DNA of 64,000 nt from Naegleria gruberi (taxonomy: Eukaryota): NCBI GenBank assembly GCA_000004985.1, contig GG738871.1; one strand, 5' to 3'. Under the pieces are notes generated by a model. That model was not told the DNA's origin. It made no database searches and was given only the letters and a program-made list of their open reading frames with translations. Position numbers and translations under genes: made by a program. This document shows, piece after piece, positions 11,453 to 21,241 of this stretch; the first letter of the stretch is position 1; the number at the start of each line of letters is the position of its first letter.

Positions 11453-12455
11453 ATGTCTATCCCGAAGATTCAAGAATTAAATCAAGACTTGCTACATGTA
11501 ATTTTTAGTCATCTAACGGAGGAGGATGTACACAATTTTATGATTTCCAACAAGTCTATTTATGAGTATTGTATAAGGGACGATGTTTATAAAATAATAT
11601 TTAATCAAGTGATTGATCGAGTTGAATTATTTCCTATGAAGGAAGTGTTCAATCCCGAGTCAAGAAATATGGAGGCCAATACTGAAAATACAAATCATAA
11701 ACTGAAGAATATTGAGAAAAATTATAGAAAGGAATTAGTGAAATATGGAAAAAACACCAAGTCAACCAATCGTTTTTTTACTAAGCAAGAAATTATGGAA
11801 ATGACTGTGGATACTAAAAAACTGAAAACAGCTACAGAAAATAAGGAAATCAAATTTGTAATAGTTGGAGATGGCGCTGTAGGAAAAACCACATTTTTAC
11901 GAAGGATTGCAATGCCAATGGATATTGATGCATTTATTCCAACAGTTTATGACTTTTATTCATATCAAGCAAAAAACCTATCATTTCAATTGTAGGATAG
12001 TGCAGGACAAGAAGAGTAAGTAATCATTTATTTTGAAAATGATTCAGATTTTTAGTTATGACAAATTAAGACCATTGTGTTATCCAGGAACGGAAATGTT
12101 CTTGTTGGCTTATTCAATAACTCAAAGAGAGAGCTTTTTCAATATTAAAAAGAAATTCATAAGGGAGGTGAAATATCATGTACCAAATGTGAATTGTGTA
12201 CTTGTTGCATGTAAAATTGATTTAAGAAATAATCAAGATGTAATGGACAGATTAGCAAAAAGATATGAACAACCAGTCTCATTTGAAGAAGGATTGAAAT
12301 TAGCCAAGCATTTGAAATGTTTAACTTTTTGGGAAACCTCATCTACAACTGAGGAAGGATTTGAACAAATAGGAGATTTCTTTACAAAATTATATTACCT
12401 GAAACATTCTTTGGCCTTCAAAGAAAACAAATCTAAAACTTGCTTTCTTCAATAA
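11453..12455 (+). CDS. F-box-like N-terminal domain fused to a Rho-family small GTPase with a C-terminal CAAX box. Two exons, 11453..12015 and 12056..12455. An in-frame TAG at 11993..11995 replaces the conserved Trp.
   Basis: LNQDLLHVIFSHLTEEDVHNFMISNKSIYEYC fits an F-box. KFVIVGDGAVGKTTFL (P-loop), PTVYDFYS (switch I), DSAGQED-YDKLRPLCYP (across a GTAAGT intron 12016..12055), CKIDLR and CAAX CFLQ fit a Rho GTPase. The expected LW-DSAGQ reads L-TAG-DSAGQ. Confidence 0.6.
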
Positions 12456-12544
12456 AATAAATAACATGATGAACTTCTCAGCAAACAACGAATGTTTAAA
12501 TGAACAATACCATCTTGTGTGTTTTATTAAGGTCCAAAATTGTT

Positions 12545-12625
12545 CGCGGTCTACAGGACTCGAACCTGTGCGGGTCACCCCAATTGATTTCTAGTCAATC
12601 ACCTTAACCACTCGGTCAAGACCGC
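12545..12625 (-). tRNA. tRNA-Ser (anticodon AGA) with a long variable arm.
   Basis: Reverse complement gives GCGGTCTTGACCGAGTGGTTAAGGTGATTGACTAGAAATCAATTGGGGTGACCCGCACAGGTTCGAGTCCTGTAGACCGCG. It has a 7-bp acceptor stem, an anticodon loop CTAGAAA, a GGTTCGAGTCC T-arm and a long variable arm. Confidence 0.8.
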
Positions 12626-12708
12626 TGTACATCCAATAAAATAACATAAACAAATTTCTGGCTAAATGAATAACGTATGTGGAAAACATTTCAAGTAAAC
12701 AAAAAATT

Positions 12709-12781
12709 TGCCGACACCAGGGATCGAACCAGGGACCTTAAGATCTTCAGTCTTACGCTCTCCCAACTGAGCTATGTCGGC
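12709..12781 (-). tRNA. tRNA-Phe (anticodon GAA).
   Basis: Reverse complement GCCGACATAGCTCAGTTGGGAGAGCGTAAGACTGAAGATCTTAAGGTCCCTGGTTCGATCCCTGGTGTCGGCA. Classic tRNA-Phe D-arm and T-arm; anticodon loop CTGAAGA. Confidence 0.85.
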
Positions 12782-13070
12782 TTCATATTCAGAATATATT
12801 CTATCTAGTATTGTTCTTGACTATCTAATTTAAACAGGAATTATTTTGTACATTAGCAAAAGAACACTTCCGTTTTAAGTAAGTTTTTTAAAACAACATT
12901 CAAATGCACCAATTAATTTATTATTTATACTATTTCAATTTTCGATTTACCAGTTAATTGTCTTTCATTAAGTGTTTCTAAAATGTGTTAAGATCTCTCT
13001 GTCACTTCTCAATCATAAAAAAAATAACACCAATCATCACCAATTTTAATCCTCATCATACGAATCCTTC

Positions 13071-16000
13071 ATGGTTTTCAGCTCATCCTCTAAAGAGGAG
13101 GCTTCTCTTCTCCACAACAATAACCATGAACAACAACAACAACACAATTCACCCAGCAACAGTAGTGGCGGGTTCAAATTTTCCCTCTCTTCTCTGATGG
13201 GCGCCAAAACCAAAACACAAAATAATAACAATAACACCTCAACTACAATTTCCGCCTCCTCATCAACCTTGGCATCATTGAATAATCCGTATGCTGCCTT
13301 TACAAATTCATTCTCCTCGGAGGGAATCCTTTCTAATTTAAATAATATTAATAATAATAATAATGGAAGTACATCAAGTAGTGGCAATAATACACCAAGA
13401 AGGAAAATATCAAATCCTAAAGCTATTCCTCTCCTGAATACAGCATTGATTTCTTCGAATTTAATTTCGGAACCAATAATTGATCATGGCACTACTGTAA
13501 ATTTTGCAACTGCTCAAGTTGATCATCCCAATACGAAACTCTATTCTATTATTCACGAATTACAATTAAATGTAAATTTTAATCAGGGAATGAATAGTGG
13601 TAATTGGACTGGATATTTTGAAGGAATATTACAGGAAAATGTTAATAATTTTGGATCACCTGGAATTGTTTCAACAACTCCGAGAGGAAATCATCATGTT
13701 ATTTCTCAATCAATGCCATATCTTTCAAATTCAAATCCTAATTCACCTTCGTCTTCGTCTTCATTTGGTGAGAAAACCAGAGGATTGAGGAATTTAGTAA
13801 TGGGAAAATCAATGAATAATTTAGATTTTTCGCCATCATCAATTAGTCAATTTGATGCCTACTTGATGAAGAAGGAAAGGAAATTATTACAAAAGTTTGG
13901 AAGATTTCCATATATAAGAATTTCTGCAGTCAAAAGTGGGAATGTTACTCCAAGAACTCCTCGAACGCCAAGAACTCCAAGAGCTAGCCCTCTTGTCATA
14001 ATGAGGCCAAAGGAAAATACAAGTAATATGGAGGAATTAGTATTGGATGCCGGAAGTCTAATACTTTCACCTAGACCAAGTATGTCATCAACACCAAGAT
14101 CTGATAGATCATTGGATGGTGATTCACCAATCACTGAATACTCAATTGATGATGTAACATTTCTTGATCGTCCAACAACTGACAATATTACTAACTTGTT
14201 AGAATCGAGGTATAACAAAAAGGATCAATCACAAAAGAAATCTCCCCAAGTTTATACTTATCTTGGAGATGCATTGAGTAAGTTTATTCTTTCAAATCAA
14301 GTGGTATTAATACTGGGCTAGTTTTTGTAAATCCAAATGATATTAAGGAAACTGAAGGATTGTATAAGAACAGCGTAATGCACTTTTACCACAAGAAACT
14401 TCCATTTGCTAGAGCTCCCCATATTTTTTCGATAGCAGAGAATGCATTTAGAACCATGAAAGAAACAAGGCAACCACAAACAATAATTGGTATGTATTTG
14501 TTTTAACATTAATTTATGACGTGAAAAATTACAATAGTGAATGGTGAAAGTGGTTCTGGAAAAACGGAGAGTAGCAAACTCATTCTCAAATATTTAACAG
14601 TTGTCTCACAAAATGGGCCTTCATCTTACTTTGTAAAACATGTATTAACAGAATCAAATCAACTTTTAGAAGCTTTCGGAAATGCAAAAACTCTGCACTG
14701 TGACAATTCATCCAGATTCGGTAAATATACTACTGTTTATTTTGGATTTGGTGATAGAATTGAAGGTGGAAAAATTAGTACAGTAAGTATAATTTAAATT
14801 ATCAAAACTCATTTCATCCTTTCAGATTCTGTTGGAAAAAAGTCACATTACGAATCAGAGAAAAAAGGAAAGAAATTTCCACATATTCTATCAGCTATGC
14901 AGAGGAGCAGATAGATCTATGAAAGAGGAATTCAATCTGCATGATCCATCTGAGTTCTTGTATCTAAACTCTACAGAGACAGTGATAGATGGAGTCGATG
15001 ATATGCGAGAATTTAAAAAAACAATTAAGAGTATGGATTCAATAGGATTTTCGAGTAATGACCGGAAAGAAATATTCAGGGTAGTTGCAGGAATTTTACA
15101 TTTAGGAAATATTCAATTTTTGGAAGGTAATTCAAAAGATAGAGCAGAAATAGTGGAAAATGATGCCCTCAAGTGGGCCTCATTATGCTTGGGAGTTCAA
15201 CCTAATCAACTAAAGCATGCTCTATTGGCACGTACTTTGAATACCGAGGAAAAGGTTGTTACTTTTCAAACTGCTGTTCAAGCTAGATTCAACAGGGATG
15301 CTCTGGCGAAAGGTATTTACGAGAGACTTTTTCTGTGGATAGTTCAGAAAATCAATTCAGTAATCAAACCAAAAACAAAGAAAATGGTTACAAAAATTGG
15401 TATTTTAGATTTGTATGGTTTTGAAATTTATCCATCCGATAACTCTCTAGAACAGTTGAATATCAACTTTGTAAATGAAAAACTTCAACAACACACATTG
15501 AAGCTCTTACAACAGGAGAAAGATGAATATGTGAAGGAAGGAATTTTCAACATGGATCTATTCACCATACTGTCTAAGGAGTTGAAAAAAGATTTTCTCT
15601 CTGATTTTGATACTATTAATGATTGTATTAGCTGTATAGAAGACAAACCACTGGGTATCTACTCACTCCTGGATGAAGAAGATTACCTTAACGTTTCAGG
15701 TGATGAAAGATATCTTGCTAAATTGAAAGAGAATTTGAAAAAGTCAAATAGTTTCGAACCTGCAAGATTCAAAAGTACTACCTTTAGTCTTAAACATTTT
15801 GCAGCTAAGGTAGATTATAACGTTACTGATTGGGTCAAAAAGAACAAGGATACATTGTTCAAAGATCTAATTGATGCCATGTGTAAGAGTTCGTCAGACC
15901 TGGTACAAGAACTTTTTAAACCATTAGACGACTTCTATTCAGGAAGAGAAAGCAAACGAAGACTTCAAGAAACCATTGTAAAACAATTTAAACGAGATGT

Positions 16001-18401
16001 AAACAAATTAATGAACAAGAAACTGAAAGGGAAAATCCATTTCATTTACTGTATAAAACCTAACTATGAGAAGAAGGCACTAAAATTTGACAAGAAATTA
16101 ATCACCAACCAGGTCAAATGTTTGGGATTAAGTTCAATATCCATATTCAAACAACATGGATTTTTCTTTAAAATGGATTATCCCAAGTTCTTTGCCAAGT
16201 ATAAAGCACTTAGTCCTAAAACTTGGCCCTCCTCCTCTGCAGATTTTGATATTGAAGAATTGAAATCCAAAATTAGAAGTATTCTGGCAGAAACCAAAAT
16301 AGAGAGTAACAATTATGCATTTGGAAAAACTGAAATTTTCCTTAAAACACCACTCGATGTTGCTACTTTGATAGATAGATTTGAGCAAATTCAGGAAGCT
16401 GTTGCTGTACTCATCCAGAGAAAGTACAGAGAGGTAATTCACAAAAGAGTAAGAAGAAAATCTGAAAAGATTAAGGGACAGCTGACCAGTGTACATGAGA
16501 GAATCTACTCAGATTATGGAGAGCATAATGTCGTTCAAATTACCAATGGAAAGTCGATATCAAGGTTATTGGTTATTTCAAAGACAAATATTTGCTTTTT
16601 AGAGCCCAATACTTATGAATTGGTGTTTAATTTCCCTCTCTCAATCATTTACAGACTTTGTATGAGCAGATTTAGTGATGGTATCTTTATAATTTGTATG
16701 AGAAATTTTGGTGATATCATTCTGGATGTAGAAAATAAGCAACACCTATATCAAGATATCGAATCTTCCTTTCACAAACTAATGGCATCTTTACTGGACT
16801 CTTACAAACCAATAAGCATAGAGTTTCATTCAATATTCTATGTTAATCCTTCTGTGCTTGTATTGGAAGATAATGAAATGAAACAAAAAGCAGAATATGA
16901 AATATTCTCAAATTCTTTACCAAGAAATAGTAATGGTGATTATCAACACCAAATCAATCTTGAAAATAATGAAGAACCTCCAATGAATGAGAATGGCTAT
17001 ACTGTTCAATTTTTGAAAGACTATACAATAGCAGCTATGAAAATAGAAAGAAGACCTAACAATGAAGGGTTGATAGTTTATGTGAAGCCCAACGAGGATG
17101 TCTACTCTGGTAAAAAGAAGAGAAGACAAGGAAGTTTTGATAGATATTTTGTGGGAGACTCTTTGAGATGGAAGGAAAAATTGGGAGAGGACAGAGATAT
17201 TCTATTTTCTGACCTAGTTGACAAGTATCACAAATCATTTAAAAAATCAGAAAGGTATCTCATTATTACAGAAAGATCCGTCTATTTGGAGCATAAATTC
17301 TTAAAGAAGAGAAGAAGGATACCTCTTAGGAAAATTTACAAAATTTCTGTTTCTCCATTCACTGACCACTACTTTTTTATTCACGTGAAGGGAGAAAGTG
17401 ACGTGCTATTGGAAAGTATCAAAAAGACTGAAATTATTTCAATACTTACTAATACTGTTAAATCTACTCTACCAAGAGTTTTTGAAATTGACATTACAAA
17501 TACAGTAACGCAAGTGACTAAAAATCCTACACTAGTTCGTCAAGTAATATTTGAGGAAGTTTCATCTCCAAAATCTTGCAAAGTTGAATACACAAAAGCC
17601 AGTGAGCCAATCAAAGTCTATATTCATAATGAGGATGTCGTTGATGAGTTTGCCAAGACAATTCTGGATGTATATGGTGGAAAGAAATCGAGAAGAATTT
17701 GTTCTCTCAAATCAGCTGACGAAATTGAAGATGCTATATTTATGAGGGAAGTACTAATGAGTGACAATACCACTCCTCTCTTTGTGGCTGAAGTTGAGTT
17801 TGTAAATCCATATTCATTGAGCTCAGTCAGAAAGAATATGAGTATTTCTAATAGTACAATATTTTTACTTGGAAAGAAGGGAAGTGATGGTTTAAGAATT
17901 GAAATTGAGGAAATCACTTCTATCAAATGTAGCAGTCAATGTGATGATCTATTTGTAATGTTTTGTGGAGATTCGGCATATCTGTTCAACTCTGAGTTAA
18001 AGACTAAAATTATTGAAACTCTCAGAGCTGCCAATAGTAAGATACAAATTTTGGTTGAACCTAAATTAATAATTCCATTCAAAGATTTATTTGTTTGGGA
18101 TGGAGAGATGAGTGTTAGCAGTTCTGAATCTTTGCCTAGCCTTATTGAAAGACCTGTTGAAGTGGAAGAGCCTATGACTCCACCATCAACACCATCTACA
18201 CATTTTCTTGAATCTCCTCTCGTCAAGAAGAAGGGCACAAATGGATACTTAATTATAGTTGTCCTTGTTGACAGAAATATCTCAGAACCAAAAATTATGT
18301 GCAATAATGAACAAGCCAATGCTAAATTGACAATTCGAATTAATGATCAAGATCCTGCCTTTCCTTTTTATCCTCTTTTCTCAAAGAGTAAAAAGGTCTA
18401 A
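13071..18401 (+). CDS. Unconventional myosin heavy chain with a ~330-aa N/S/T-rich N-terminal extension. Four exons: 13071..14277, 14322..14489, 14538..14782, 14826..18401.
   Basis: Motor motifs VYTYLGDAL-IFVNPN, PHIFSIAENAF, GESGSGKTE (P-loop), NSSRFGKY (switch I), LDLYGFE (switch II), ERNFHIFYQL and one IQ motif. Three 43-44-nt introns (GTAAGT/GTATGT donors) fall inside the motor domain and preserve phase. The tail has repeated basic beta-rich modules (...RYLIITERSVYLEHK...RRRIPLRKIYKISVS...FFIHV...). Confidence 0.8.
13947..13982 (+). repeat. Four 9-nt tandem units (actccaaga-like) encoding TPRTPRTPRTPR inside the myosin N-terminal extension.
   Basis: Direct reading: actccaaga actcctcga acgccaaga actccaaga. 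Confidence 0.6.
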
Positions 18402-18413
18402 TAAATTAGAGAT

Positions 18414-18998
18414 CTAAAAGTAATGATATTCCAAAGTTGCACAATAACCAAGTGATGCTGTTAATTTTGGTCTTTCCCATTGTTCAGCCTTAGTAAGTCT
18501 ATTTTTTGAGCTATCTTCTTGCATCTTTTGTTCAATGTAGTGGATTAATTGATTTCCCTTATCATGTTGAATCATTACAACTTGAATTTTAATGGAATAG
18601 GCATCTTCGGTTCCGTCATCGCTTAAAGAGTGCATCTCACCTCCTTCACTATTAACAATAACAAGACCATAAGCTCCTAATCTTTGAGCAATGACTGCTT
18701 TTTGTACAAAGGAACATTTTCCTCTAGCTGCAAGAATAATTCTATCGGTATAGTTTGTACTAATTCCTAAATTTGCAAAAGACATTGGTTCCTGACAAAT
18801 ATCCATTGGATTGGCCAATACAACTTCCTTCACTTCTCTACAATTTGTATTCACATAAAAACCTCCGAAATGTGCTGTAGTAAATCCGATATGACCAGAT
18901 AAATAATGAGGTGAATAAACATGAATAGCTTCAACAAGAGTTGATAGTATCAGGAAAATTGCCCCTATGAAAAGAATGGCTCTAGTATTGATGATCAT
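18414..18998 (-). CDS. PA (protease-associated) domain protein with an N-terminal signal or anchor.
   Basis: ILAARGKCSFVQKAVIAQRLGAYGLVIVNSE is PA-domain like. The real ATG at 18998 follows aaaaaaa; the ORF-track start at 19019 is TTG. Hydrophobic N-terminus MIINTRAILFIGAIFLILSTLVEA. Confidence 0.55.
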   Translation of the reverse strand: MIINTRAILFIGAIFLILSTLVEAIHVYSPHYLSGHIGFTTAHFGGFYVNTNCREVKEVVLANPMDICQEPMSFANLGISTNYTDRIILAARGKCSFVQKAVIAQRLGAYGLVIVNSEGGEMHSLSDDGTEDAYSIKIQVVMIQHDKGNQLIHYIEQKMQEDSSKNRLTKAEQWERPKLTASLGYCATLEYHYF

Positions 18999-19062
18999 TT
19001 TTTTTGTTATGAATTCCAAAATTATTTAAATAACAAATAGATAAATATTTAATAATAATAAT

Positions 19063-19790
19063 TTAATCATCAAATTCTCCATAACCATAGTAGAGAGCAG
19101 ATCTCTTATCCTTATCTTTAATTGTGCTGTCGGCGCCATTCTTTAATAAATATTTACAAATTTCTAAGAGAATTAAAAAATTAAATATTTCAATAATAAA
19201 TTAAACAAACCTTGAAAGCCAGCATACGAAGCATAATGGAGACATGTCCAACCATTTGATTCATTTACCATATTTACATTAGCTTTTCCTCTTTCAATAA
19301 GTGATTTGATAATATCAAAATTACAAGCTTCCACAGCTCTCATTAATGGAGTTCTACAGAGGAAATCCTTCTCATTAACCTTGATTCCAGTCACTCCGAC
19401 AAGAACACTCACAATAGAGGCATAATTTCCACCAACTGCATAGTGAAGGGCTGTATATTTCTCTCTATCTGTAATATTTACATCAGCTCCACGATCAACT
19501 AAATAATTTACAATATTCAAATGGCCGTCACGACAAGCCATATGTAAAATAGTCACTTGTGTTGCAGGTTGTTGGAAATTTACATTATAATTTAAATCGG
19601 AAACAATAAATTTAATAACATCCAATAATCCAGAACAAGCCACTTCTTGTGGAAGTAATCTCTTTGTTTCAGGACAAATTTCCTCGGTAACATCAAAATT
19701 ATTAGATGGTGCTGTTTTTAATAATTCAATAATTTGATTTTGATTTTTAGATTTTACACTTTCCCACACCTTTCCAGCAAATGAAGACAT
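19063..19790 (-). CDS. Ankyrin-repeat protein. Two exons, 19790..19211 and 19163..19063, in minus-strand order.
   Basis: Repeats LHMACRDGHLNIVNYLVDRGADVN, TALHYAV, TPLMRAV and CLHYASYAGFQ-EICKYLLKNGAD. The last repeat is completed across a 47-nt GTTTGT..AG intron. Confidence 0.65.
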
Positions 19791-20102
19791 TTTTTATTAT
19801 TGTGAATAATAAAAGATTTAAATCCAATGTAATTCAATACATCTATTCAAAGAGCTATATCTTTGAATTGTCAAACGCTTGCAAATATGTGTTTGAAAAT
19901 CATCCAATTCCGAGATCGGAATTTGCCATCTTACAATTTTGACACATCATTGAAATGAATTTATTCACGTTTTAAAAAAAAGACAACTACAACACTACCT
20001 CATATTATCTCGTCCAGGTCAAGAGAGATTCGGAAAAGATTAAAAAACTGTATTTTAAAAAAGCCTATTTTACAACCATCATTTGATCAATTTAAATTGA
20101 AC

Positions 20103-21131
20103 ATGACTACTCCACTTTATAAATGTTATGGATGTGATAGGCAGATGAATGCCATTACTAATAATGAAGGAAATTTAGCCTGTGCTTTCTGTGGCTCGGA
20201 ATTTGTCGAAGAAATAGAATTACCAACAGAAACTGTAACAACAAATACCTCACCAATTCATTCACCTTCTCCTCAAGCAAGTAATATTGTGGATTTAACC
20301 AATTTGGATGATGATGACATCTTCTCTCGTGCATTCAGCACAGCAGTAACAACTCCTGAACAAAATCAATCAACTAGAAGTTCCTCATCTACAACCACTA
20401 CAACAACACGATCTAGAACATCATCTTCGGGAACACCAACTGTACATAGCCAAACAATCTCCATAACAATTGGACCAAATGGTACAACAAGAAGAACAAT
20501 TACAAATGCAACACCATTCAATCCATTTGGATTTGGTGGAGATAACAATAATAGAGTGGATCCACTTACATCACTATTTGGTGGATTTGGTGGAGACAAC
20601 AATAGAGATCCAATTTCTTCAATTTTTGATGCTTTAAATAATGCTAGTCAAAATGTGGGAAGTAATACAAATCAACAAGGAACCTTCCCAAGAATAAGCT
20701 TTGGACCAACAATGGACTTTTCTAATTTCATGAGACACATTAGACAACCTTTTGGAAATGGAACAACATGGGGAGATTATGTTTTCTCAGATAACTTGGA
20801 TGACATCATTACTAGAATGATGGAAGCAACTGTTGGTCAAGGAGGAACTCCACCAGCTTCACAAGATGTCATTTCCAAACTCAAACACAGAAAAGCTCAA
20901 GAATGTGATTGTAAAGATTGTGCTGTATGTCAAGATCAAATTAAGGCTGAAGAAGAAATAACAGAGCTTCCTTGTGGCCATTTGTATCATTCTGGTTGTG
21001 TAACACCATGGCTTGAAAGACATGCCAACTGTCCTATTTGTAGAGCTGAAATTGGAAATGATGGCAGTGCCCTCCCACCACATTCCCACCAACAACAGCA
21101 ACAACAACAGAATAATCCACATAATCATTAA
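20103..21131 (+). CDS. RING-H2 E3 ubiquitin ligase of the RNF126/RNF115 type, with an N-terminal BCA2-like zinc ribbon and a C-terminal RING-H2.
   Basis: N-terminus YKCYGCDRQMN...LACAFCGSEFVEEIELP resembles the RNF126 Zn ribbon. C-terminus CAVCQD...LPCGHLYHSGCVTPWLERHANCPICR is RING-H2. The ORF-track start at 20097 is TTG; the first ATG is at 20103. Confidence 0.7.
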   Translation: MTTPLYKCYGCDRQMNAITNNEGNLACAFCGSEFVEEIELPTETVTTNTSPIHSPSPQASNIVDLTNLDDDDIFSRAFSTAVTTPEQNQSTRSSSSTTTTTTRSRTSSSGTPTVHSQTISITIGPNGTTRRTITNATPFNPFGFGGDNNNRVDPLTSLFGGFGGDNNRDPISSIFDALNNASQNVGSNTNQQGTFPRISFGPTMDFSNFMRHIRQPFGNGTTWGDYVFSDNLDDIITRMMEATVGQGGTPPASQDVISKLKHRKAQECDCKDCAVCQDQIKAEEEITELPCGHLYHSGCVTPWLERHANCPICRAEIGNDGSALPPHSHQQQQQQQNNPHNH

Positions 21132-21241
21132 ATTATTTACTATTAATTAATTGTTGGCAGCTTGTGAAAAGATCATGGTGGTTTACCATTTCTTCCCTCC
21201 ACTCGAAATTTTAAATTCAAAAAAAAAGCCGTTACGCAAAG

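Noticed and set aside
13199-13204. GGCGCC hexamers inside coding sequence at 13199 and 19128.
   Set aside because: They fall within codons (MGAKT in the myosin, ...NGADS in the ankyrin gene) and lack the flanking T/A runs of the intergenic motif, so they are chance occurrences.
13046-14218. Minus-strand ORFs 13046..13387 and 13859..14218, antisense to the myosin N-terminal extension.
   Set aside because: They are generated by reverse-reading low-complexity codon repeats and have no independent support.
16134-18319. Minus-strand ORFs 16134..16496, 16917..17129, 17624..17926 and 17936..18319 inside the myosin tail exon.
   Set aside because: They are antisense to a continuous 1189-codon exon and their composition is not protein-like.
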